From the NCBI GenBank assembly GCA_038087875.1, contig CM075987.1:17300001-17364000 (forward strand): a stretch of 64,000 nt of DNA. The letters are read 5' to 3'. Made by a program: the position numbers and the translations under genes. The stretch comes from Malacoraja senta (lineage: Eukaryota). The first letter of the stretch is position 1. Each line of letters starts with the position of its first letter. Below, piece by piece: positions 24,875 to 36,851 of this stretch. Below the pieces are notes generated by a model that did not search any database, was not told the DNA's origin, and saw nothing but the letters and a program-made list of their open reading frames with translations.

Positions 24875-26122
24875 CTCTCTTGTTGGTTCCTCTACATGTC
24901 TAGAAAACTATCCCGCATACATTCCAAGAAATCCTCTTCCTCAGCACCCCTGCCAATTTGATCTCTCCCAATCTCTATGTAGATTGAAGTCACCCATTAT
25001 AACTGTTTTACCTTTGTTGCACGCATTTCTAATTTCCTGTTTGATGCCATCCCCAACTCCACTACTACTGTTAGGTGGCCTGTACACAACTTCCACTAGC
25101 GTTTTCTGCCCCTTAGTGTTTCGCAGCTCTACCCATATCGATTCCACATCCCCCAAGCTAATGTCCTTCCTTTCTATTGCGCTAATCTGCTCTCTAACCA
25201 GCAACGCTACCCCACATCCTTTCCCTTTCTGTCTATCCCTCCTGAATATTGAATATCCCTGGATGTTCAGCTCCCAGCCTTGGTCACCCTGGAGCCATGT
25301 CTCCGTGATCCCAACTATATCATAGTCATTAATAGCTATCTGCACATTCAACTCATCCACCTTATTACGAATGCTCCTTGCATTGAGACACAAAGCCTTC
25401 AGGCATGTTTTTACAACACTCTTACCCCTTATACAATTATGTTGAAAAGTGGCCCTTTTTAGATTTTTGCCCTGGATTTGTCTGCCTGCCACTTTTACTT
25501 TTCACCTTGCTACCTATTGCTTCTACCCTCATTTTACACCCCTCTGTCTCTACGCTCACACATTTAAGAAACCCTTTCCCTTTAACTCCATTCTCAACTA
25601 TCCCATTCGACACCCCACCCCCCTTATTCAGTTTAAAACCACCCGTGTAGCAGTGGCAAACCTGCCTGCCAGAATGCTGGTCCCCCACCTGTTAAGATGC
25701 AATCCGTCCCTTTTTGTACAGTTCCCTTTTACTCCAAAACAGATCCCAGTGATCTAAGAATCTAAATCCCTGCCCTGTGCACCAGTTCCTCAGCCACACA
25801 TTCAGGTCCCGTATCTCCCTGTTCCTGCTCTCGCCAGCACGAGGAACTGGAAGCAAACCAGAGATAACCACCCTGGAGGTCCTGCTTTTCAGCATTTTTC
25901 CGAGCTCTCTAAAGTCACGCTGCAGAATATTCATCCCCTTCTTTCCGACATCGTTTGTGCCGACATGCACTACCACTTCCGGCTGTTCACCTTCGCCCTT
26001 GAGGATTTTCTGCACTCTGTCCGTGACATCCTGGATCCTGGCACCAGGAAGGCAGCACACCATCCTCGAATCCCGTCTGTTGCCGCAGAAACCCCTGTCC
26101 GTACCTCTCACAATGGAGTTCC
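24875..26122 (-). mobile_element. CR1 LINE 5' region: ORF1 SGNH-esterase domain and APE endonuclease
   Basis: SIVRG..CCLPGARI..VVVHVGTND..ISGLLP; CLNARSIRNK..GITETW..VYRPP..MGDFN. Confidence 0.9.
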
Positions 26123-26133
26123 TTTGTTTAGTC

Positions 26134-26290
26134 CAGGGGTCCCCAGCCTTTTTTGCATGAGGGCCAGGATGCAGTTTGCATGCAGTTCCCAGGTCGCCTG
26201 CGAGTCCCGGGTCTAGCTGCAGTTCCGCTGTCCGTTCTAACCGAGCTACCGAGTGAGTTTTTAAATGTGAATATCTCATAACTACACATC
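26134..26290 (+). mobile_element. Probable hAT/Charlie-type terminus (one end only)
   Basis: CAGGGGTCCCCAGCCTTTT preceded by the Charlie-like target GTTTAGTC. No partner TIR seen. Right boundary is a guess. Confidence 0.4.
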
Positions 26291-27124
26291 TGTGGATTAG
26301 CAGTATATTGCATCAGTCCACTCAATTTTAAATAATTCTACATCAAAATTCATAAACAAGGATAACACTTTTTGTTTCTGTAATTTATGGTAAGATTTAC
26401 ATAATTTACATTGTTTTATGTGTGAGATATACAGGGTGTTCAGAACATAGACGACAGTTCTTTGACAAGTACTCCGTAGTTTGGTGCAGGAGATCTTGTC
26501 AACGAGTATTCTGGACCCACTGTCGACATCTGAAATTACAGTAAAATATCATATAGAATTAACATAAGAACAAATTTGATTATAACTACATACCTGCAGA
26601 ATGGATGATATGTCACTTAAATGCAATTGTTTTCAGGGGTGGGGAGAGACATGTATATTGAAGATGCATTTTTCCGTTAATAGGTCAATTTATCTTCAAT
26701 GTAGAAGAGCTTACAATACTATGCATGCCTTACAACAAGAACAAAACCAAAAATGTACAGCAGTGTAAAAATTGATACCTTTATTATTGTTTAAGAACTG
26801 CAGATGCTGGAAAATCAAAGGTATCTTTATTATTGTGGTAAGTCTAGATCTATAAAAGAAGACTTTCTAATTACTTGCTCAAGTACCAAAAAATGATGTC
26901 TTATGTAATATAATACATTGTCGGGATCATAAGAATAGTATATGTTACAGTCATCATTAATTGGGAAGGAAATTAAGGCTTTGATGTGTGCTCCTCGTGG
27001 CATGTCGTTGTTCCCTATAACACCATTTATCATGTATTTTAAACACCTCTGATCCGTGTACATTGTGTATATTTAACACCATTTATCCTGTATTTTAAAC
27101 ACAATTTTAAACCGGCTTAAACAC

Positions 27125-27380
27125 AAGCCAATTCGGGATCTCCATGGCTTGGAGGTCCCGAATCGGCCGTCTCCTACCGGAGACCGGGGCTTCACGATGT
27201 TATAGGCCGCGGGCCGGCGGTCGGTCGGAGCTCTTCTCCGGCGAGCAATCCCAGACTCCGCGAGGGAAAGTGCACGCTGCCCCCGTGACTAGAAGCTCCG
27301 CACACCGCGGCTTCAGGATGTTATAGTCCGTGGGCCAGCGTTCGGAGTTCTTCATCTGGTGACCCCCGGCTCCGCGATCT
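27125..27380 (-). mobile_element. Internal fragment of the GC-rich SINE-like family
   Basis: Near-identical blocks with 31260-31500 (CCTACCGGAGACCGGGGCTTCACGATGTTATAGGCCGC). Confidence 0.7.
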
Positions 27381-27438
27381 GAGATATAGGAAGAGATCGG
27401 GCAGGCTAAACGACAGAAAGTAATAATTTTGTTCTTAC

Positions 27439-27661
27439 CTTCCATCTTTAGTGGGGAAGCTGAAGAAAGACAGGTCGGGTCGAGCACTTTATAACGGAAC
27501 AGCTTGCTACGCCTGTAGATGTGGACGCCATTACAGAAGCCAATTAAAACAAAAATCATATATTTGATTGCCAAAACGGCGCGAAAAGAATTACCCATGA
27601 TGCCCATGACCAACTACGGCTTTTTCGCCTAGTGGTCTATCTTGCTCCTCTAGTATCTTTG
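27439..27661 (-). mobile_element. 5' end of a THAP-domain (P-element-like) DNA transposon with degenerate exon 1
   Basis: Candidate terminus CAAAGATACTAGAGG at 27661. ATG at 27531 gives MASTSTGVASCSVIKCS, then after a frameshift LSFFSFPTKDGR, ending at an AG|GTAAG donor (27439). This is the N-terminal THAP pattern C-x4-C...F..FP. Confidence 0.6.
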
Positions 27662-27696
27662 ATGCACATAAACCCCATATATGCTGGAGGATCACT

Positions 27697-27963
27697 GGTG
27701 TTGTGGTAGAGTTGTTGCCTTACAGCGCCACTCACTCGGATTCCATTCGGACTGTGGTATTCTCTGAACCCGTCAGCTGCGTGGGTTTTCTCCGGGTGTG
27801 CTGGTTTCTCTTGTTTCCCACACTTTGTGTATAGGTTTGTAGATTAATTTGCTTCTGTGAATTGTCCCTTTGTGTGTCAGGGTAGTCCTACCGTACACAT
27901 GATGATCAATACTTGGGCTGGCTGATGATAAATACTTGAGTGATCAATAGGCCGAATGGCCTT
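27697..27963 (+). mobile_element. tRNA-derived HE1/V-type SINE, degenerate
   Basis: tRNA-like head GTGGTAGAGTTGTTGCCTTACAGCGCCA; V-domain CTGCGTGGGTTTTCTCCGGGTG; CR1-like tail GGCCGAATGGCCT. Confidence 0.7.
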
Positions 27964-28023
27964 GTAATGGCAATTTCAAATTTTTCAATGTCCAATTTTC
28001 CGTTGCCATTACTACACGGGTAA

Positions 28024-28260
28024 AGGGCCTGTCCCACTTTCACAACCTAATTCACGACCTCTGCCGAGTTTGCCCTGGACTCATACTCGCAGCATGGTCG
28101 TCATGAGGTCGTAGGAGGTCATAGGTAGGTCATGGCAGGTCGTGATGCTAGTCGTAGGTACTCGTGGCATCAAGTAGGTCGGGGCGTTTTTTCAACATGA
28201 TGAAAAATGTCCAGGAGTAAAAAAAGTCGTGAATTAGGACGTGAAAGTGGGACAGGCCGT
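28024..28260. mobile_element. PIF/Harbinger-type MITE
   Basis: TIRs AGGGCCTGTCCCACTTTCAC..CCTAATTCACGAC and GTCGTGAATTAGG..GTGAAAGTGGGACAGGCCGT. Flanks TAA and TTA. Confidence 0.8.
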
Positions 28261-29636
28261 TTAGTGGGAGTGATCTTACACAGACAAAAAGACAGGTACA
28301 GGATACTACAAGGCTGGTACAGGATACTGAGTTGGATGATCAGCCATGATCATATTGAATGGAGGTGCAGGCTCGAAGGGCCGAATGGCCTACTCCTGCA
28401 CCTATTTTCTATGTTTCTAAAAGAACGGATCTTCCAGTCGTTATTACCAACTTAATTGAAGTAGTTGTACAGACAAAAAGATGAACGTACCAGATCCTCT
28501 TTATTCTTATACAAATTGTCGCTTTCCGTTCTTACTATCTGGTGAGAACTGTGTTCTCTCCACCCTGTCCAACTCTAATATATGTAACACCCATCTATGT
28601 ATCAAATACCCGCCCCCCAAGGTTCAAAATAATACTGCTAGAAATATCTAGACAAAATGATATAATATGCCAAGAGTAACTAGGCTAAGCATGAGTGGCT
28701 CCTACACACCGACCTCTAATTGTTCTGCATATATAACAAAACAATTACTAATAAACATTAAAAGGAGCTATAAAAGCTTTCCATATTATCAAAAACAAAA
28801 GTATGTAATATGTGTTGGCATTTAATCTTCTTTGGTGATTCTTCAATCTTCTCTTCCTTCTTCTTTGGCTTCTTGTAGCAGACATCTTTGTTATCGGTCT
28901 TTCCAAGATGATGCTCTTAGTCTGAAGTCGTACTGTACGCACAAGATCTTGTGCATCTGGTATGGTCTCCAATATTCTGCCCATTAGCCAGCAACCTCGT
29001 GGTGCAGTGGAATCAACCACAACAATGATGTCACCTGGAATAAAGTTTCTCCTTACCCTTGATCACCGTTGTCCGTCTTGGATTAGAGGCAAGTATTCTT
29101 GTGTCCACCGTTTCCAAAAAAGGTCTGCCATATATGGTACCTGTCTCCATCTGCGTTTAATGTACAAGTCTTCCTTTACAATACTACCAGGTGGTAGTAC
29201 TGGCTTGGTCTTCAACAGAAGGAGATGGTTTGGTGTGAGTGCTTCCAGGTCCATTGGATCATTAGAATTCTTGGCAATGGGTCGATCATTTAAAATTGCT
29301 TCAACTTCACAAAATAAAGTTTGCAATCCTTCATCGTCCAGAACTTGTTCTTGGTTCTTGGTCCTCCAAAATATTCCAAATGGAATTTAAACTGGAGGTG
29401 GCGGAGGGTGGACTTAAGCAAAGAAGGATTCTTGGAGAAGTAGAGCTACCTTAAATTTAGTTACGTCTGGTTGAGTAACTATGGTAGGGTGAAGACTATT
29501 GTTTAAGAACAGAGCGCAGCACATTTCAAACCATGCGGATCAATCGTTCCCAAACACCGCCGTGATGAGATCCTGCTGGGGGGTTAAAGTACCACTTTAT
29601 CCCTCGCTGAAGCATGGCATTCTGGATCTTCAAGTT

Positions 29637-30510
29637 CAATAGACAATAGACAATAGGTGCAGGAGTAGGCCATTCGGCCCTTCGAGCCAGCACCGCCATT
29701 CAATATGATCATGGCTGATCATCCCCAATCAGTACCCCGTTCCTGCCTTCTCCCCATATCCTCTGACTCCGCTATCTTTGAGACCCTATCTAGCTCTTTC
29801 TTGAAAGTATCGAGAGAACCGGCTTCCACCGCCCTCTGAGGCAGAGAATTCCACAGACTCACAACTCTCTGTGAGAAAAAGTGTTTCCTCGTCTCCGTTC
29901 TAAATGGCGTACCACTTATTCTTAAACTGTGGCCCCTGGTTCTGGACTCCCCCAACATCGGGAACATGTTTCCTGCCTCTAGCGTGTCCAAACCCTTAAC
30001 AATCTTATATGTTTCATTAAGATACCCTCTCATCCTTCTGAACTCAGGAGTGTACAAGCCCAGCCGCTCCATTCTCTCAGCATATGACAATCCCGCCATC
30101 CCTGGAATTAACCTTGTAAACCTACGCTGCACTCCCTCAATAGCAAGAATGTCCTTCCTCAAATTAGGGGACCAAAACTGCACACAATACTCCAGGTGTG
30201 GTCTCACTAGGCCTCTGTACAACTGCAGAAGGACCTCTTTGCTCCTATACTAGACTCCTCTTGTTATAAAGGCCAACATGCCATTTGCTTTCTTCACTGC
30301 CTGCTGTACCTGCATGCTTACTTTCATAGACTGATGAACAAGGACCCCCAGATCCCTTTGAACGTCCCTTTTTCCCAACTTGACGCAATTTAGATAGTAA
30401 TCCGCCTTCCTGTTTTTGCTACCAAAGTGGATAACCTCACATTTATCCACATTAAACTTCATCTGCCATGCATCTGCCCACTCCCCCAACCTGTCCAAGT
30501 CACCCTGCAA
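29637..30510 (-). mobile_element. CR1 LINE 3' end inserted in the BEL integrase
   Basis: LVRPHLEYCVQFW and WNSLP motifs; (CTATTGT)n tail. Confidence 0.9.
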
Positions 30511-30564
30511 GTTCAAGTTCAAGTTCACATTTATTGCATTTATCACATTTATCACATTTTTGGA

Positions 30565-30886
30565 AGTACAATGGGATATGGGAGTCGTACATCAGTCTAT
30601 GAAAGTAAGCATGTAGGTACAGCAGGCAGTGAAGAAAGCGAATGGCATGTTGGCCTTTATAACAAGAAGAATCGAATATAGAGGGCGGTGGAGGCAGGAT
30701 CTCTGGATGCTTTCAAGAGAGAGCTAGATTGGTCTCTTAAAAATAGCGGAGTCAGGATATGGGGAGAAGGCAGGAACGGGGTACTGATTGGGGATGATCA
30801 GCCATGATCACATTGAATGGCGGTGCTGGCTCAAAGGGCCAAATGGCCTACTCCTGAACCTATTGTCTATTGTCTATTGTCTATTG
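30565..30886 (+). mobile_element. Internally deleted CR1 3' end, inverted relative to the preceding copy
   Basis: QQAVKKANGMLAF segment fused to the 3'UTR and (CTATTGT)n tail. Confidence 0.8.
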
Positions 30887-31780
30887 CCACATGCACCAAT
30901 TAAGGCACAGTGGAAGAAGAAGGGTCTCGGCCCGAAACGTTACCTATTTCCTTCGCTCCATAGATGCTGCTGCACCCGCTGAGTTTCTCCAGCATTTTTG
31001 TGTACCAAGGCACAGTGGAATATGACTTACCATGCAGCCATACAATCAAAAAGAGCACAAAACACAATAGAATACAACATGAGCATCCACCACAGTGGAA
31101 TCAACATTCTTCACTGTGTTGGAAGGCAATAACGTTCAGTCAGTCCTCCTCCTTTTGTTGATTCATGGTCGGGGCCATGAACCCTCCGCAGTCGCCTCTA
31201 CGGATGATCCTCACGTCGGGATGCTTGAAACTCCGACGTTGGGATGGACGGACACTCCTTGGCTTGGAACTCCAGAATCGGCCGCTTCCTACCGGAGACC
31301 GGGGCTTCACGATGTTATAGGCCGCAGGCTGGCGGTCAGAGCTCTTCGCCGGCGATCCACGACAAGGGATCCCAGACTCCGCGATGGAAGGTCCGCAGGC
31401 CGCAGCTTCAGGATGTTATAGTCTGCAGGCCAGCGATCGGAGCACTTCTTCTGGCGACCCCCGGCAAGGGATCGCCCGGCTCCGCGATGGAAAGTCCACG
31501 CTGCGCCCGCTGCTGAAGCTCTAGGACCCGACTCCGGGCGAGGCCGCACCAATCCAAAGTGTTAGGCCGCGAGGGAGGGCGAAATGCAATGAGGAGAAAA
31601 GTCACATTTCACCAAGGTAAGTGACAAAAAAACAGTTTCCCCCAATTCCCGCTCCCCCCCCCACACTAAAACGCACTTAAACACACTAAAACACACTTTT
31701 AGACATACTAAAAACAAGAAAAAAGTGGAAAGGACGAACAGCTGCTGGCGAGGCTGCCGGCTCGCGGCGCCACCCGTCGT
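30887..31780 (-). mobile_element. Near-complete GC-rich SINE-like element, carrying a 91-bp Penelope mini-insert (30916-31006)
   Basis: Same head, hairpin and tail layout as 48035-48874. Insert TSD AAGGCACAGTGGAA at 30902-30915 and 31007-31020. Confidence 0.65.
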
Positions 31781-33309
31781 CATCTTTGATTCAAGTCATT
31801 GAGTGTTCCGATTCAAGTCATCGAGTGCTTCTCTCAATTATCTTTCCGCTCAGATAACATTTGTGCCATTGTCTGATCTTAAAGATGAAACTTGACCTCG
31901 TTGACAGATGAATCTTTGTAATGCATGGATGCAGGAGTCTGTGTCAAGCGTAGATGCAACTTCATGATGTACTGCCCTGCTTGCCATGCAGGTGAAGATT
32001 ATACCATACCTTTTAACTAGACCGTCCTCTCTTGATCTCTATAAGACCAAAGTAGTCTACTCCTACATCTGTAAATGGAGGCTTGTCAGGTAGAATCCTC
32101 TCCAGGGGCAAGTCTGCCATTTATTGTTCTCCAACTCTTCCCCCCTGCCGTCTACACACAACACAGACGGTTATGACCTTTCTTCCAGCGGAGTTAGCTT
32201 TGATAATCCAGTATCTTTTCCGAAGTTGCGACAGCATATGATTTCTTCCTCCATGTCCAAGCTGTTCATGGATATATCATAACAGTTGTGTCGATATGTG
32301 AAGGTCCTTCGAGAGAATAATAGGATGTTTAGCCTCTTCAGGCATCGCTCGTCTATTCAGGCGACCACCTATTCTCAGAAGTCCATCCTCCAGTATCGGA
32401 TCTAGCTTGTACAAATGACTGCTTCTTTTAACACCTTTTTTTACCACCTTCTAGCACTGATAGTTCTTCTTCGAATTTGTGCCTTTGACTGAAAGAGATA
32501 ACTGCGTTTTCTGCTTGGGGAAGATCTTCAGGACATAAACACTGTATGCAGAGTGATGCTTTAAAGACTTTCATCTCTACCAACCTTTTCCTTTAGTTTG
32601 CCAGGATCTTTTTCAAAGCTACTCACAGCAGCCTGAATCTCCTTTCTCTTTCGAGTCAACTGCAAGAGTGTTGTCCTTACTTTAAGAAGCCAAGCTGTAG
32701 CAGTCTTCAGATTCCTCCATGATGAGCAATAGGTGATCAGAGAGTTTGTTGGACTCAGTGGATCCTTGACAATGACGTTCATTTTGATGTCTTGCTTTAT
32801 TTCTGGATCATTAGCAAAGATTACAGATTCCAAATTAAGTTTTGGCCATTCTTTGTCTGGCTTACAGAGAAACTCTGGTCCCTTGATCCATCTCTTACAG
32901 CTTAAGAAGCGGGCTGCTGTTAGTCCTCTAGAAAATTCATCTGCAGGATTTTCCTTTGTGCCAACATATCTCCATTGTGATACATCAGTAGCATCCCTTA
33001 CAAAAGAGATCCTGTTTGCTACAAATGTTTGGAAGCGTTTGGTTTCGTTGTTGATGTACTTAAGCACTGTTGTGCTATCGGTCCAGAAGATGGATTTCTC
33101 CAGCTGAAGTTGTAATTCTTTTCGCAGTGTTGTGTCAACTCTGACAGCTAGGACTTCAGCTGTAAACTCCATTCTGGGAATCATCATTTGTTTTAATGGT
33201 GCCACTCTGGCTTTTCCCATTATGAATGCAGCATACACTTCTTTGTTATCGTCTTCCAGTCTTAGATATGAAACAGTACCGTAGCCACCTCACTTGCGTC
33301 TGAAAACAC

Positions 33310-34818
33310 AGCTGTGACACGTGACCCGCACTGTTGCCACGCAACGCCTTCTGGAGGACAAGCGGTGTACTGGAGGTAAATACAAGTGTGTTGATTACTA
33401 TGGCTGCCAGTACAGCGGGGGCCGTCTTTGGTCCCAGCAGCCGTTGAGATACCAAAGTAATTTGAGTGTGCTCTCTTTAATTTAAAAAAAAGATGCTTTC
33501 TTTGATTTTAGTGTGCTGACAAAGAAAATATGGTGTTTTCTTTGAAGTATGCTTATGTAAATTATACATGTATGTGTGCTTTTATTGAATTGGTAGATTA
33601 ATGGTGCTTTCTTTGAAGTATAAACTCTATGCCAAAGGTACATCGTGTGTGCTGTTGAGGGAGACAGTACTTTCTTTCAAGTGTGTGTGAAAACAAAATG
33701 ACAAACTCAATTGATATAAAAATAACTTCTTTCCAAGAAAAATGGGAGAAAAAATGCTTTATTTCAAGTGTGCTTGTTGATGTCAACATTGCCGGGGCAA
33801 ATTGAGAAGTTTTTTTCCAGGCCTTGCAGTGAACTCATAAAAGAGCCAAAGGAGACAAGACAAAATTGCATGATGAAACATTTTAAATGAACATGAATGG
33901 AATTTGAGTTTGTTATCATCTTAAAATTACAAAGTGTGCTTTCACTTCTGTGTTTGTGATTCAATGATTTGCCAATTTCTTACAATTTCATTCATGGTAA
34001 ATGCTGCGGAGCCAAGTTACTTTTTTGTAAGTGTTGATTGTTCGTATATGTCCCATACGAAAGCACTACTATATGCACCTACTGTGAGACTATGGATTCA
34101 TTTAAATTGAAAAGTGCACAACAGATCCTTGCAATTTCATCAGTTTTGGGGACTTGAAGTTCAGAGTTGGTTATCATGTACTCCTGTGGTACAGTGTGAC
34201 TTAGAATCAGGTATTTTTGCCTGACAGCACCAATCAATCATGAATGCGTAAATGTGCAGTTTAACGAGTTTTTTCCACATCCAGCGCAGACAGTTGTGCT
34301 TTCCCTCATATAAATGCAGGAATTTCTGTTTCACAACCGTAAAATCCGGCATCATCTTTGATGTCAAAACTGCGATCAGCTGAAATGACAACTCAAATGG
34401 TCAAAAAAGTTAGATGAACGTGTGGTTATTTTATCTGTGCCTCTGCCCCCCCCCCCCCCCACCCCCACCATGCCGCAGATAAAAATGAAATAACTCACAT
34501 GGTGTTGCACCTATCAAAAATTTAATGGAGTTATGGTGTTTATAGTTCGACCGAGTCTGGGCGCGCGGCTCCAAACTCATAGGTCTATTACAAATTACTT
34601 TGAAACAATCTATAATCACTGCCACACGCTTTTCAAATGTCTGCCGAAATTGCATGGTGTTCCACAGAAACTGACCACTTTGACGGTATTTTCCAGGTAA
34701 GAACTTACGTGTTGCATGTGTGACGAGTGTATGCTGGAGGCTTGTTTGTCCTCCAGAACGCTTGAGCGACTCTGTGGGTCACCCACTTTGACCTTTTGAC
34801 CTACTGTGCAACCGCTCT
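33310..34818 (-). mobile_element. ISL2EU/PIF-Harbinger (DDE_Tnp_4) transposon relic
   Basis: VAVIIDCF..RP..RAQT.SNYKHHN.IKFLIG.TP..WGG and GKAQLSALDVEKTR..HLRIH..IGAVRQKY. Subterminal inverted motifs at 33321-33361 and 34746-34782. Confidence 0.8.
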
Positions 34819-36851
34819 ATGGAGTCAATAATTTAAATAGATACATTTGTGGATTTGTGCAACCTGCAGTACCCTGTGGCTGACTGCTGACATATTTGCG
34901 GATACATTTATTTATAAATCTCATTGAAATGAATACGCAGGTCCGTACACACACAGTCGCTCAACTGGCGAGAATGTTTATCCCGAATGACCCGTGACCT
35001 GGACATGCCCAGTTGTAATACCAAACTCGTTTATTACAGAGACATGGCTGCAAGAGGACCAAGGCTGGGAACTGCTATTCAGGGATATACATCCTTTCAA
35101 AAATACAGGCTGGTGTGCAGAGGGGGTGGGGTAGCTCTGTTGGTGAGGAATGAAATTCAGTCCCTTGCGAGGGGTGACATAGAATCAGGAGATGTAGAGT
35201 CAGTATGGATAGAACTGAGGAATTGTTAGGGTAAAAAGACCCTAATGGGAGTTATCTACAGGCCCCCAAACAGTGGCCTGGATAAAGGGTGCAAGTTGAA
35301 TCAAGAGTTAAATTTGGCATGTTGCAAAGATAATGCTGTGGTTGTTATGGGAGATTTCAACATGCAGGTAGACTGGGAAAATCAGGTTGGTACTGGACCC
35401 CAAGAAAGGGAGTTTGTGGAGTGCCTCACTGATGGATTCTTAGAGCAGCTTGAGCTGGAGCCTACCAGGGAGAAGGCAATTCTGGATTTAGTGTTGTGTG
35501 ATGAACCGGATTTGATAAAGGAACTCAAGGTAATGGAGCCATTAGGAGGTAGTGGCCATAATATGATAAATTTTAATCTACAATTTGAGAGGGAGAAGGG
35601 TAAATCGGAGGTGTCAGTATTACTGTTGAGCCAAGGGGACTATGGAGCCATGAGTTGACTGGAAAGATACCCTAGCAGGGATGACAGTGGAACAACAATG
35701 GCAGGTATTTCTAGGAATAATACAGAAGATGCAGGATCAGTTCATTCCAAAGAGGAATAAGGATTCTAAGGGGAGTAAGAGGCGACCATGGCTGACAAGA
35801 GAAGTCAGGGACAGCATAAAAATAAAAGAGAAGTACAACATAGCAATGATGAGCGGGAAGCCAGAGGATCGGGAAACTTTTAAAGAACAACAGAAGATAA
35901 CTAAAATGGCAATATGGGAGAAAAGATGAGGTACGAAGGTAAGCTAGCCAAGAATATTAAGGAGGATAGTAAAAGCTTCTTTAGGTATGTGAAGAGGAAA
36001 AAAATAGTTAAGACCAGGGTTCGACCCTTGAAGACAGAAACAGGTGCATTTATTATGGGGAATAAGGAAATGGCAGACGAGTTGAACAGGTACTATGTTT
36101 GTGTATTCCTTAGTGAAGACAGATCCAATCTTCCTGATGTGCTAGTGGCCAGAGGATCTGGGGTGACGGAGGAACTGAAGGTAATTCACATTAAACAGGA
36201 AATGGTGTTGGATAGACTGATGGGACTGAAGGCTGATAAATCCCCAGGGCCTGATGGTCTGCATCCCAGGGTACTTAAGGTAGTGGCTCTAGAAATCGTG
36301 GACGCATTGGTGATAATTTTCCAATGTTCTATAGATTCAGGATCATTTCCCGTGGATTGGAGGGTAGCTAACATTATCCCACTTTTTAAGAAAGGCGGGA
36401 GAGAGAAAACGGAATTATAGACCAGTTAGCCTGACATCGGTGGTGGGGAAGATGCTGGAGTCAATTATAAAATATGAAATAGCCGCACATTTGGATAGCA
36501 GTAACAGGAACGGTCCGAGTCAGCATGGATTTATGAAGGGGAAATCATGCTTAACTAATCTGGAATTTTTTGAGGATGCAAATTGGAAAATGGACAAGGG
36601 AGAGCCAGTGGATGTAGTGTACCTGGACTTTCAGAAAGCCTTTAATAAGGTCCCACATAGGAGATTAGTGGGCAAAATTAGGGCATATGGTATTGGGGGT
36701 AGGGTACTGACATGGATAGAAAATTGGTTGGCAGACAGGAAACAAAGAGTAGGGATTAACGGGTCCCTTTCAGAATGCATGCAGTGACTAGTGGGGTACC
36801 GCAAGGCTTGGTGCTGGGACCGCAGCTATTTACAATATACATCACTGATTT

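Larger units (their letters stand above)
28420..33305 (-). mobile_element. BEL/Pao LTR retrotransposon 3' half (RNase H, integrase, 3' LTR), fragmented by later insertions
   Basis: FSDAS (33300); KARVAP..IPR, WTDS, FVANR, NPAD (32561-33238); [12 protein letters not shown] (~32050); WYFNPPAGSHHGGVWERLIR (~29540-29600); [20 protein letters not shown]-like ATTAGAGGTCGG, then LTR start TGTAGG at 28706. Confidence 0.88.

Noticed and set aside
16179..24961. Long Pro/Ser/Leu-rich extensin-like ORFs
   Set aside because: C/T-only tracts lack stop codons in several frames; these are artefacts of the Helitron-like cores.
19876..25047. ~170 bp of CR1 APE present at both 19876-20046 and 24875-25047, as a possible giant TSD
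   Set aside because: Helitron unit A rejoins cleanly across 17491-20048, so two separate CR1 copies explain the overlap more simply.
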